A stretch of 56,412 nt of DNA. It comes from Gemmatimonadaceae bacterium (GTDB taxonomy: Bacteria > Gemmatimonadota > Gemmatimonadetes > Gemmatimonadales > Gemmatimonadaceae). Below the pieces are notes generated by a model. The model was not told where the DNA came from. It made no database searches and was given only the letters and a program-made list of their open reading frames with translations. Location of the stretch: assembly GCA_040901985.1 (NCBI GenBank), contig JBBDYC010000005.1, positions 1 through 56,412 of the forward strand. The letters run 5' to 3'. This document shows, piece by piece, positions 29,487 to 38,748 of this stretch (positions are counted from its first letter, which is position 1; every line of letters begins with the position of its first letter). The position numbers were made by a program, and so were the translations under genes.

Positions 29487-31184
29487 TCACGCCACCGCGT
29501 ACTGACTGGTGATATCCCGCCCCGCACCCTTCACCACGAGCTTGAACTCGTCCGGCTTGAGCAGCGGGTCGTCGCGCATCTCGACGCTGAACTGCACGGA
29601 CTTCTCGAGCCTCTTGATCAGGTCCTTCTCCTCCTCCCGCACGTACATCACCGCGTCCGGGTGGAGCTTGACGATGATCCCCTCGCGGCGCCCATCGCTC
29701 GCCAGGCGCTTCACGGCGCGCTCCATCCGGCGGACGATCGTCTCGGCCGTGAAGACGCGCCCGGTGCCCTGGCACACCGGGCAGGGTTCGGTCATCGCGT
29801 GGAAGTGGCTCTGCCGGACCCGCTGGCGCGTCATCTCGATCAGGCCGAGGTCGCTCACCGCGAAGGCCTTCGTGCGCGCGCGGTCGCGGCCCAGATGGGT
29901 GCGCAATTCCTGCAGCACCCGGTCGCGGTTGGCCTTGGTCTCCATATCAATGAAGTCGCAGACGATGATCCCGCCGACGTCCCGGAGCCGCAACTGCCGC
30001 GCGATCTCACGCGCCGCCTCCACGTTCGTCTTGGTCACCGTCTTCTCGGGATCCCGCTTCCCGGTGTAGCGCCCCGAGTTGACGTCAATCGAGACGAGCG
30101 CCTCGGTCGGCTCGATGATCAGGTAGCCGCCGCTCGGCAGCTCGCAGCGCCGCTTGAAGAGGTCGCGGATCTCGGTCTCGATCCCTTCCTTGTCGAAGAG
30201 CGACTGCTCCCCCTCGTAGAGCTTCACCCGATCGGTCAGCTCCGGCGCAATCCCCTTCAGGTACTCGATGATCTCGTTGTGGACCTGCCTCGAGTCCACC
30301 GTGAGACTGTCCACCTTGGTGGAGAAGAGGTCGCGGATGATCCCGCGCGTCAGCGACGTCTCGCGGTGGAGGAGCTTGGGCGGGTTGCCGACGAACTTCG
30401 TTTTCTTGTTGATCTTCTGCCACTGCGCGATCAGCGTGGTGAGCTCGCGCGTGAAGGTCTCCTGCGTCACGTCCTCGCCGACGGTGCGGACGATCACGCC
30501 ACCGGAGTCCTTGGGCAGCACCTTCTGCACGTGCTCGCGGAGGCGCTGGCGTTCGGCGCGTTCGCCGATCTTCCGGCTCACGCCGACGCGCGCGGCGAAC
30601 GGCATATAGACGAGGAAGCGGCCGGCCAGCGAGACCTGCGCGGTGACGCGCGGCCCCTTGGTGGAGATCGGCTCCTTGCTGACCTGGACGATGATGCTCT
30701 GGCCGCGCTTGAGGACGTCCTGGATCTGCGGCGGTTCCTTGCGGCGGCGACGGCCTCCGTTGCGACGCGGGGGCTTCCTGTCCGGCTCGCTCGGCTCCCC
30801 CGGCGCGGCGTCGGCGTAGGGCGAGTTGCCGGCATCGGCCGCCTCGGCGGCGACCTCGGCGACTGCGGCGACCGCCGCCTCCGGGACGTCCGGAACGTCG
30901 GGCGCCTCCGCCTCGTCCTCGTCGTCCTCCTCCTCCTCGTCGTCGTCCCCTTCCTCGTCATAGACGAGGTCGGAGTTGTGGAGGAAGGCGCTCTTCTCGG
31001 TGCCGATGTTCACGAATGCCGCCTGGATCCCCGGCAGCACCGCCTCGACCTTCCCGAGATAGATGTCCCCGACCATCCGCTTGTTCTCCGGACGGTCCAC
31101 CTGCAGTTCAACGAGCTGGTCGTCCTCGATGATCGCGACGCGGACTTCCCGCTGCGTCGCACTGATAAGGATCTCGCGCTTCAT
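29487..31184 (-). CDS. Rne/Rng family ribonuclease (RNase G length) with acidic insert in the S1 domain
   Basis: GDIYLGKV..VLPGIQAAFV, KEPISTKGPRVT, TEALVSIDVNSG, LRDVGGIIVCDFIDM, EMTRQR, CPVC; upstream of rplU-rpmA. Confidence 0.95.
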   Translation of the reverse strand: MKREILISATQREVRVAIIEDDQLVELQVDRPENKRMVGDIYLGKVEAVLPGIQAAFVNIGTEKSAFLHNSDLVYDEEGDDDEEEEDDEDEAEAPDVPDVPEAAVAAVAEVAAEAADAGNSPYADAAPGEPSEPDRKPPRRNGGRRRRKEPPQIQDVLKRGQSIIVQVSKEPISTKGPRVTAQVSLAGRFLVYMPFAARVGVSRKIGERAERQRLREHVQKVLPKDSGGVIVRTVGEDVTQETFTRELTTLIAQWQKINKKTKFVGNPPKLLHRETSLTRGIIRDLFSTKVDSLTVDSRQVHNEIIEYLKGIAPELTDRVKLYEGEQSLFDKEGIETEIRDLFKRRCELPSGGYLIIEPTEALVSIDVNSGRYTGKRDPEKTVTKTNVEAAREIARQLRLRDVGGIIVCDFIDMETKANRDRVLQELRTHLGRDRARTKAFAVSDLGLIEMTRQRVRQSHFHAMTEPCPVCQGTGRVFTAETIVRRMERAVKRLASDGRREGIIVKLHPDAVMYVREEEKDLIKRLEKSVQFSVEMRDDPLLKPDEFKLVVKGAGRDITSQYAVA

Positions 31185-31411
31185 TGGTGCCCAAGGATGG
31201 TGTGCCTCCGGGTGCGCACAGGATCGTCCACGCGGCCACCGCCCGGCGAGCACCCGCAGCGCCGCCCCGAAGGGCGTCGGCGGTGGCCGGGAAGAGTCGG
31301 CGCTGCGTGCGATCCAGCATCAGGAGCGTGCGAACCTCGGATGGTGCCGGGCGAACCCGCCCGGTACGGAAGGCGCCCCGCACAGGGCGGGGCGCAGTAG
31401 GAGTCGTACCG
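31185..31411 (-). promoter_or_regulatory. Long structured 5' leader of rne/rng
   Basis: Several nested inverted repeats including a cUUCGg tetraloop hairpin (see findings). Confidence 0.65.
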
Positions 31412-31484
31412 TATTGGTAAGGGGAGTCCGGGCCGAACGCAACTTTCCCGGGACGGGCCGGCCCCGCTCCACCGGTCGGCACGC

Positions 31485-32702
31485 CTAGAGCGTCAGCCCC
31501 TTGAGCAGGTGCCGCGCGATCACCATTCGCTGGATCTCGCTCGTCCCCTCCCCGATCTCGCCGATCTTGGCGTCGCGCATCATCCGCTCGACCGGATAGT
31601 CCTTCGTGTATCCATACCCGCCGTGGAGTTGGATCGCCGCGATCGTGACGCGCATCGCGAGCTCTGAACAGAAGAGCTTGGCGATCGCCGCCTCCTTCGA
31701 GTACGGGTGGCCGTTCTGCGACAGCCACGCCGCGTGGTAGACGAGATGCCGTCCCGCCTCCAGCTCGGTCGCCATATCGGCCAACTGGAAGTGCACGCCC
31801 TGGAACTCGGCGATTGCCCGGCCGAACTGCTTCCGCTCGGTCGTGTACTTGACCGCCTCGTCAAAGGCGCCCTGCGCCACCCCGAGCGAGAGCGAGGCGA
31901 TCCCGATCCGGCCGGCGTCGAGCGTCTTCATGAAATTGACGAAGCCCATTCCCTCGGCGCCCAGCAGGTTCTCCTTCGGTACCTCGACGTCCTCGAGGAT
32001 CAGTTCGCGCGTGTCGGAGGCGCGCCAGCCAAGCTTGTCCTCCTTCTTGCCGGACCGGAATCCCTGCATCGCCGGCAGGTCGGGGTCGTGCCCGATCCCG
32101 AGTCCCTTCACCGCCTCGAGGTCGCAGGTCTCCTTGGTCAGCACGAAACTCGAGATTCCCTTGGTGCCGACGCCGGGTTCGGTGACCGCCGTGATGACGA
32201 AGATCTCGCCGACGCCGGCGTGCGTGATGAAGCGCTTCGCCCCGTTGAGGATGTAATGGCTGCCCTTCCGGACGGCGGTCGTCTGCGTGCCGCCGGCGTC
32301 GGAGCCGGCGTTGGGTTCGGTCAACCCGAACCCGCCGAGCACCTTGCCGCCCGCGAGGCGCGGCACCCAGCGCTTCTTCTGCGCGTCGGTGCCGAAGTTG
32401 ACGATCGGCGAGGTGCCAAGAGTGGTGTGCGCCGAGATGGTGATCGAGTGCGATGCGCAGACGCGCGCGAGCTCCTCGATCGCGATGATGAAGCTGATGG
32501 TGTCGAGCCCGGCGCCGCCGAGCGCCTCGGGCCACGGGATCCCGAGCAGGCCGAGGTCGGCCATCTTCTTCACGTTCGCCCACGGGAAGTCCTGGGTGTC
32601 GTCGAAGTGGCGGGCGACCGGCGCGACCTCCTCCCGGGCAAAGGCACGCACCATCTCGCGCGTGGCGAGATGGTGGTCCTCGAAGTAAATCGAATCGTGC
32701 AT
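31485..32702 (-). CDS. Acyl-CoA dehydrogenase (short/branched chain type)
   Basis: [58 protein letters not shown]. Confidence 0.95.
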   Translation of the reverse strand: MHDSIYFEDHHLATREMVRAFAREEVAPVARHFDDTQDFPWANVKKMADLGLLGIPWPEALGGAGLDTISFIIAIEELARVCASHSITISAHTTLGTSPIVNFGTDAQKKRWVPRLAGGKVLGGFGLTEPNAGSDAGGTQTTAVRKGSHYILNGAKRFITHAGVGEIFVITAVTEPGVGTKGISSFVLTKETCDLEAVKGLGIGHDPDLPAMQGFRSGKKEDKLGWRASDTRELILEDVEVPKENLLGAEGMGFVNFMKTLDAGRIGIASLSLGVAQGAFDEAVKYTTERKQFGRAIAEFQGVHFQLADMATELEAGRHLVYHAAWLSQNGHPYSKEAAIAKLFCSELAMRVTIAAIQLHGGYGYTKDYPVERMMRDAKIGEIGEGTSEIQRMVIARHLLKGLTL

Positions 32703-32710
32703 CGCCCAAT

Positions 32711-34309
32711 CTACCGCGGTGGCGTGACCAGGGCGCGCAGCAACGGCACGCCGTCGAGGCGCTCCTGCGGCGTGACGCCGAGCGCGCGGGCCAGCGTCGG
32801 CGCCATATCCACCACGCGCGCCGACCCCGGGTCGTGCCGCGCCCGGAACGGCGCGCCCCAGAAGAGGATCGGCACGCGGGCGTCGTAGTCGTGCGGACTC
32901 CCGTGCGTCGCAACGCCGCCGCCGAAATAGTTGTGCGGCTCAAGCGTCACCGCGGCGAGCACGTCGCCGCCGGGCCGGAACATGTGCAGCCAGCGTCGCG
33001 CGATCGCGTCGTTCACCGTGTCGGCCCGCGCGAGATCGTCAATCACGTCCACCCGGAGGACGCCGGGAATCCGACGTGCCTCGAACGCGAAGGTCCGCGC
33101 GATGGTGAGGAGTTCGCGGTCCCGTCCGCGCGCCCTCGTCCGGTCCACCTCGAACGTCGGCCAGTCAAACGTGAACGCATCGCCGGGAACGTTCGACCGC
33201 TGGACTACCGGCGCGACCCGCCGAAAGACCGGGCCAAGGATCTCGGGGTCGAGGCGGACGGCACCGGCGTTATCGCTCCACGACGACCGGATCTCCGGCA
33301 CCGGCGCCACGCCGTGGTCCGAGGTCAGGGCAACGACGACCCGGTCGCGCCCTCGCAGCGCCACGAGCGAGTCGAGGAAGTGACCGAGCGCCACGTCGAG
33401 CCGCAGGATCTGGTCGTGCAGCTCACGCGAATCGGGGCCCCAGCGATGTCCAATCGCGTCGGTCGTCGAGAGCGACACCGCGAGTATGTCGGTCTGCGGT
33501 CCACCGCCCAGGTCCAGCTCCCGAACGCCGCGCCACGCGAAGTCGAGCGTCAGCTCGTCCATCCACGGAAAGCTGACAATCATGTTGTGCGCGACCGTCG
33601 GGTCGGTGGAGACGGCGTAGGGAAACTGGAAGTCCCCGCCCCCGCCCTCCGCCGGCACCGAGTCGGGTTCGGGATACGCCGAGTCCGGGAGCAGGAGCGT
33701 CCAACTCCGCCCGCCGTAGCGCGTCACCACCGGGGACTCCGCATTGAATGCCTGCACCCAGGCGGGGAGCGAGTCGGCGTACCAGGTGCTGGTCACGAAT
33801 CCGCCAATGGACGAGGCGTACCAGAAGACGGGGTGCGGGCCGCGGCCAACGGGGAGGATCGCGCCGCGATCCTTGCGGGAGACCGAGAGCACCCGCGTCC
33901 GCGGATCGGCGGCGACCATCCAGTCCACCAGCGTGGTGCCCTGGAAACGGAAGGGCGACGCCCCCGTCCCCGACGCACCCACGAGCGGGGCGTCTCGCGT
34001 GGCCACCCCCGCCGCGTTCGACGCGATCCCCGTGCTGTAGGGGAAGCGCCCGGAGAGCGTCGCGGCGTGACCGGGCGCCGTTTGGGTAATGGCGTGGTCG
34101 TGGACGCCATTGGGGAAGTACGCGCCCTCGTCGAGCAACCGTCGGAAGGCGCCGGAGAACTGGGCATTCCACCGCTCGAGGTAGTCCGGCCGGAGCTGGT
34201 CCACCGTCACGAAGACGACCAGCGCCGGCCGTGGTGGCGGTGCCTGGCCGTGGGCCGCCGTCGCGAGGACGGCGAGGCAGACCAGCACACGCAGGAATCG
34301 GTGGGTCAT
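32711..34309 (-). CDS. Secreted alkaline phosphatase superfamily protein, PafA/PhoK-like
   Basis: Signal peptide, VDQLRPDY, Thr nucleophile [28 protein letters not shown]. Confidence 0.88.
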   Translation of the reverse strand: MTHRFLRVLVCLAVLATAAHGQAPPPRPALVVFVTVDQLRPDYLERWNAQFSGAFRRLLDEGAYFPNGVHDHAITQTAPGHAATLSGRFPYSTGIASNAAGVATRDAPLVGASGTGASPFRFQGTTLVDWMVAADPRTRVLSVSRKDRGAILPVGRGPHPVFWYASSIGGFVTSTWYADSLPAWVQAFNAESPVVTRYGGRSWTLLLPDSAYPEPDSVPAEGGGGDFQFPYAVSTDPTVAHNMIVSFPWMDELTLDFAWRGVRELDLGGGPQTDILAVSLSTTDAIGHRWGPDSRELHDQILRLDVALGHFLDSLVALRGRDRVVVALTSDHGVAPVPEIRSSWSDNAGAVRLDPEILGPVFRRVAPVVQRSNVPGDAFTFDWPTFEVDRTRARGRDRELLTIARTFAFEARRIPGVLRVDVIDDLARADTVNDAIARRWLHMFRPGGDVLAAVTLEPHNYFGGGVATHGSPHDYDARVPILFWGAPFRARHDPGSARVVDMAPTLARALGVTPQERLDGVPLLRALVTPPR

Positions 34310-34442
34310 GACACGCGGCGAGGGATGAAGGGACACGCAGGCAACGGTCGGGCGACACGGGAAGATACCCCCTGCGGCGGCGGCGGTGCAGTTGCTTCCG
34401 GCGCGGCAACGTCACACCTTCGTCCAGTCTCCAATCGCCCCG

Positions 34443-35462
34443 ATGCCTGACGTCACCACGTTCTACCTCTGGCGAAATGTCGTCGCCCGCACGCTTGCCT
34501 ACTACGCGGTGTGCGGCACGGTCGCCTATGTGCTCCGCCAGTACAGCGTTCCGGGATGGGGCGCGCTCGGCGGCGAGACGATGCGCGACCTTGTCGGCGG
34601 CGCGCCGGCCGTGTTCGATGCCCAGACCGGCACGCCGACCGCGCTGGCCGCGACGATCGCGATGCTGACCGCCTTTGCCACCTCGCTCCCGGTGGCGTGG
34701 ATCTACACGCTCACCCGGCGCAAGAAAGGATTCCAGCAATCGGTCGTGCAGACCTACCTGATCCTTCCGGTCGTGGCGGCGGGAATCGTCGTGCTAGTCA
34801 AGCACTCGCTCGCCCTGGCCTTCTCCCTCGGCGGCATCGTGGCGGCGGTGCGCTTCCGGACCTCCCTCGACGACAGCAAGGACGCGGCGGGGATCTTCGT
34901 CGTCATCGGCATCGGGATGGCGGCCGCGGTGTCGCCGTCGGTCTCGTGGGTGATCTCGATCGGCTTCAACGCGCTGATGCTCCTCCTCTGGGCCTCCGAC
35001 TTCGGGCGGCCGGCCACGCTCGAGGGCCGCACCGCCGAGCGCCAGCTCGAACGCGCGCTCGCGTCGGCCAACCGCACGGGGATGTTCATCGCCAAGCTCG
35101 ACGACGAAGTGCTCAAGGGGCTCGCCCCCGAACAGCTCGAGGCCCTGGCCGATCGGGCCTGGAGACGACGCAAGCGCAACGACCCCGAGCTGGCCGACGA
35201 CGATGCGGCGCTCGACGAACATCCCGAGTACCAGTTCCTGCTGCGGGTGAAGACGACCGACGTGGAGGCCGGCCGCGCGGCCTGTGAAGCCCGGTTCGCC
35301 GCGCTCTTCAGGGACTGGAAGTACCTCGGCAGCGTGAAGGAGAACGAGATCCGCGTGCTCGAGTACGGCGTGACGATGGCCGAGACCGTGACCCCGGGGG
35401 TCGTCAGCGACGACCTCGGCACGATCCTCAACTCGCCGCTGCGCGGCGTCGAGCTGCGATGA
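34443..35462 (+). CDS. DUF4956-family membrane protein
   Basis: Multi-TM with SLALAFSLGGIVAAVRFRT.LDDSKD...F..IGIGMA signature and a soluble C-terminal domain. Confidence 0.8.
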   Translation: MPDVTTFYLWRNVVARTLAYYAVCGTVAYVLRQYSVPGWGALGGETMRDLVGGAPAVFDAQTGTPTALAATIAMLTAFATSLPVAWIYTLTRRKKGFQQSVVQTYLILPVVAAGIVVLVKHSLALAFSLGGIVAAVRFRTSLDDSKDAAGIFVVIGIGMAAAVSPSVSWVISIGFNALMLLLWASDFGRPATLEGRTAERQLERALASANRTGMFIAKLDDEVLKGLAPEQLEALADRAWRRRKRNDPELADDDAALDEHPEYQFLLRVKTTDVEAGRAACEARFAALFRDWKYLGSVKENEIRVLEYGVTMAETVTPGVVSDDLGTILNSPLRGVELR

Positions 35463-36511
35463 GCGCGCTGGCCATCCGGCGAACCCTGGCCCTCGCCGCC
35501 AGCGTGGTTGGCGTCGGTGGCGGAGCCTCGGTCGGCGAGGCACAGCCGCTGTTTCGGTCCACGTCACCGCTGGAGGTCACCCTCACCACCAACCTGCGCG
35601 ACCTGATGCGCGAGCGCGACTCGACCCGCCTCCGGTGGTTCGGCGCCGAGATGCGGTACACGGACGAGACCGGTGCGGCGGTGCGCGTTCCGGTGGAGCT
35701 CCGCGCGCGGGGCCACTTCCGGCGGCAGTCGAGCAACTGTGCCTTCCCCCCGCTCTTCCTGCGCGCCGAGCGCGCCGTGCGCGACAGTTCCATCTTGCGG
35801 GGCAATCCGCGCGTGAAGATCGTCACGCCCTGCCGCACCGGGTCCGGCGACTACCAGCAGTACATCTTCACGGAGTACCAGGTCTATCAGACGTATGCGC
35901 TGATCGACTCGGTGCACCACCGGACGCGGCTCGCCGCCATCACCTACGTTGACTCGGCGGCGCGCGTCCGCCCGATCACCGTCTATGCGTTCTTCCTCGA
36001 GGTGGCGGATGAGGTCGCCGACGAGCACGAACTGGAGCACGTCGAGCAGCCGGGCGTGACGTGGGAGTTCACGCTCACCGAGCCGATCAACGCGCTCTCG
36101 CTCTTCCAGTACTGGATCGGCAATACCGACTGGTCGGTCGCCGGCCTGCACAACGTGGCGATGTTTCGCACCCCGGACCGGATGTTCCGCCCGGTGGCGT
36201 ACGACTTCGACTGGACCGGTGTGGTGAACCCGCGGTACGCCTTTCCGAACCCGCGGCTCGGGCTGAGCGGGATGCGCGAACGGCGCCACCGCGGTCCCTG
36301 CCGAACGGCCGCCCAGTGGGCGCCGACCGTCGCGCTCTTCCAGCGGCTCCGCCCGGCGATCGACTCGATCTGGAGCACGCCGCTGCCCGGCCAGGACGCG
36401 CGGACGCTGGCCAACGCCAAGCGCTTTCTCGACCAGCTGTGGCCGGTGCTGGACGATCCGCGCGCCTTCAAGCGCGAGCTCATTGATCAGTGTCAGCCCG
36501 AGGGGAACTGA
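35459..36511 (+). CDS. Secreted hypothetical protein with CotH-like atypical kinase motifs
   Basis: Signal peptide; RARG..R, VKIV, FTEY, IGNTDW...HN, AYDFD; four Cys; ATGA-coupled to DUF4956. Kinase call is inference. Confidence 0.7.
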   Translation: MSALAIRRTLALAASVVGVGGGASVGEAQPLFRSTSPLEVTLTTNLRDLMRERDSTRLRWFGAEMRYTDETGAAVRVPVELRARGHFRRQSSNCAFPPLFLRAERAVRDSSILRGNPRVKIVTPCRTGSGDYQQYIFTEYQVYQTYALIDSVHHRTRLAAITYVDSAARVRPITVYAFFLEVADEVADEHELEHVEQPGVTWEFTLTEPINALSLFQYWIGNTDWSVAGLHNVAMFRTPDRMFRPVAYDFDWTGVVNPRYAFPNPRLGLSGMRERRHRGPCRTAAQWAPTVALFQRLRPAIDSIWSTPLPGQDARTLANAKRFLDQLWPVLDDPRAFKRELIDQCQPEGN

Positions 36512-36538
36512 CCGGTCCCGCCGCGGATTGCGTGCCGA

Positions 36539-38587
36539 TCAGTCGGTGGCGAGCACGGCGAGCACATCGCGCCCGAACCGCTCCAGCCGCGCCGGGCCGA
36601 CACCGTGGACACCGCCAAGGGCGGCGAGGGTGCGCGGGTGCGCACGGGCGATCTCGCGGAGCGCACGGTCGGGGAAGATGACGTACGCCGGCACCTCCCG
36701 CTCCTTCGCCAGGCGCGACCGGAGCGCGCGGAGGGCGTCCATCCGGGCGATCTCGTCGCGGGAAAGCGGCGCGTCGGTGGCGCCGGCCCGCTTGGGTGGG
36801 GCTCTCCGCGAGGGCTTGCTGGCGGCCGTCCCCTGCCGGGGCGCGTGCTTGATGCCGGGGCAGTTGTCGCAGTTGTCGCACCGAGGGTGGGCGGCGGGGT
36901 CGCCAAAGTAGCGCAGGACGAACGCGCGTCGGCAGTGTTCCGTGTAGGCGTACTTCTGCACCATCTCGAGCTTCCGGAGCTCGCCGCGCCGGCGCCGGTC
37001 GAGACTTTCCCAGTCCACCGGCCACTCGTCAATGCCGCGCGCCGGATCGGTGAGCGTAATCCCCTCACCAAGCCGCCGCCAGACGAGGAACTGTCGTGTC
37101 TGGAGCGCGTCGAGGAGCGCCGAGGCGCCGATCGCGCCGCCGATTCCCGGCGGGAGCGCGTCAAGATCTGCGACGATGCCCGTGTGCAGCCCGCCGCGCG
37201 CGCGTTTCCAGAGCGAGCGGAGGAGTGCGAGTTCGAGCCCGTGGTCCGCCTCGGGCAGCTCCTGCTTGATCCGCGCCGGCGTCGCCAGCAACCGCACGTG
37301 GGCGTGGGTGCGTGAGGCGTCGGCCACCGCGACGGCGCCACCCCGGGCGAGGATCCGCAGCGCCGACTCCGCCTCGCGGTCGCTGACCTTGCCGGTTGCC
37401 GTCGCCGCCAGCTCGGCCGGCGCGGCGGTGAGCAACCCGTCGGGCGCGGCGAGCCGCTGCGCCGCCGCGTAGACCGCCGCGACCGTCTGGCGCGCCGGCA
37501 GCGCCCCGTTGATGAAGAACTCGTGCGTGAACCGGTCGGGAAAGGCGTGGAGCAGGATGGCCGTCGCCGGCTCGCGGTCGCGGCCCGCCCGCCCCGCCTC
37601 CTGATAGTAGGCCTCGAGCGTGCCCGGGATCGCGTGATGCACGAGGAGACGCACGTCCGGCTTGTCGATCCCCATCCCAAAGGCGTTCGTCGCGACGATC
37701 ACCCGCACGCGGCCGGACATAAATGCGTCCTGCACCTCGGCGCGGTGCGCGTCGTCGAGTCCGGCGTGGTAGGCCGCCGCCGGCACCTTGGCCTTCACGA
37801 GCACGCCGGCGATCCGCTCGACCGTGCGGCGCGTGCTCGCGTACACGATCGCCACCCCATCCCGGTGCTCGCGCATCAGGTCAATGAGCGTCGCGTCCTT
37901 CGCCGCATCGTTGCGCGTCGGGATCACGTGGTAGGTGAGATTCGTCCGGTCGAATCCGGTGATGACCACCTCGGGGTCGCGCAGCGCGAGCTGGCGCGCG
38001 ATGTCCTCGCGCACCTCGGGCGTGGCCGTCGCGGTGAGCGCAACGGTCGGCGGTGCGCCGAGCCGTTCGCGCACGTCGCGCACCCGCAGGTAGCTCGGGC
38101 GGAAGTCGTGACCCCATTCGCTGATGCAATGCGCCTCGTCCACCGCGAGCAGTGTCACGCCGACCGCGCGCAGCCGCTCGGCGGTGCGGCCGAGGTCAAA
38201 CCGCTCGGGCGCCAGATAGAGCAGCTTGACCTCGCCGCGCTGGACGCGCGCCATCCGGTCGCTCACCTCGGACGCGCTGAGCGTGCTGTTGATGTAGGTG
38301 GCGGGCAATCCGCGGGCCGTCAGCGCGTCCACCTGGTCCTTCATCAGGGAGATGAGCGGCGAGATCACCACCGTCAGGCCATCGAGGACGAGCGCCGGGA
38401 CCTGGTAGCAGAGCGACTTGCCGCCGCCGGTCGGGAGGATGACGAGCGTGTCGCGGCCGCTGAGGATGGCGCTCACGGCGCGTGACTGCCCGGGCCGAAA
38501 GTCGGCAAAGCCGAAGCGTGCGTGCAGGAGCGCGCGGGCCTCGGCGAGGCGCGGATCTTCGGACGACGGACGCGGGGCAGCAGGCAC
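36539..38587 (-). CDS. recQ: RecQ-family ATP-dependent DNA helicase with HRDC domain
   Basis: PTGGGKSLCYQ, DEAHCISEWGHDFRP, ATNAFGMGIDK, QEAGRAGRD, CRR...CDNCDNC, HRDC VPAYVIF; GTG 38587 preferred (alternative ATG 38623). Confidence 0.95.
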   Translation of the reverse strand: MPAAPRPSSEDPRLAEARALLHARFGFADFRPGQSRAVSAILSGRDTLVILPTGGGKSLCYQVPALVLDGLTVVISPLISLMKDQVDALTARGLPATYINSTLSASEVSDRMARVQRGEVKLLYLAPERFDLGRTAERLRAVGVTLLAVDEAHCISEWGHDFRPSYLRVRDVRERLGAPPTVALTATATPEVREDIARQLALRDPEVVITGFDRTNLTYHVIPTRNDAAKDATLIDLMREHRDGVAIVYASTRRTVERIAGVLVKAKVPAAAYHAGLDDAHRAEVQDAFMSGRVRVIVATNAFGMGIDKPDVRLLVHHAIPGTLEAYYQEAGRAGRDREPATAILLHAFPDRFTHEFFINGALPARQTVAAVYAAAQRLAAPDGLLTAAPAELAATATGKVSDREAESALRILARGGAVAVADASRTHAHVRLLATPARIKQELPEADHGLELALLRSLWKRARGGLHTGIVADLDALPPGIGGAIGASALLDALQTRQFLVWRRLGEGITLTDPARGIDEWPVDWESLDRRRRGELRKLEMVQKYAYTEHCRRAFVLRYFGDPAAHPRCDNCDNCPGIKHAPRQGTAASKPSRRAPPKRAGATDAPLSRDEIARMDALRALRSRLAKEREVPAYVIFPDRALREIARAHPRTLAALGGVHGVGPARLERFGRDVLAVLATD

Positions 38588-38748
38588 ACCGAAGGATAGC
38601 GCGCGTGGCAAAGGCGCCAACATCACTAATACGCCTGAAGGCCCCGGGTCGCGCCGTCCCCACCCCGTGCGTATGCTCCATTGACCTCCCTCACCCGCCA
38701 CGCTCCCTGCGCCAAATCCCCCTCTTCGTCTCGGCCTCCGGGACCCTG

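Noticed and set aside
31185..31484. RNase P RNA, tmRNA, SRP RNA or a known riboswitch in the 300-nt gap
   Set aside because: I could not find their hallmark motifs (GAGGAAAGTCC, tRNA-like ends, the SRP GGAA-loop motif) by eye; treated as an rne leader instead.
38681..38710. TTGACC as a -35 for the histidine kinase
   Set aside because: No -10 at 16-18 nt spacing; the nearby TATGCT (38672-38677) lies upstream of it.
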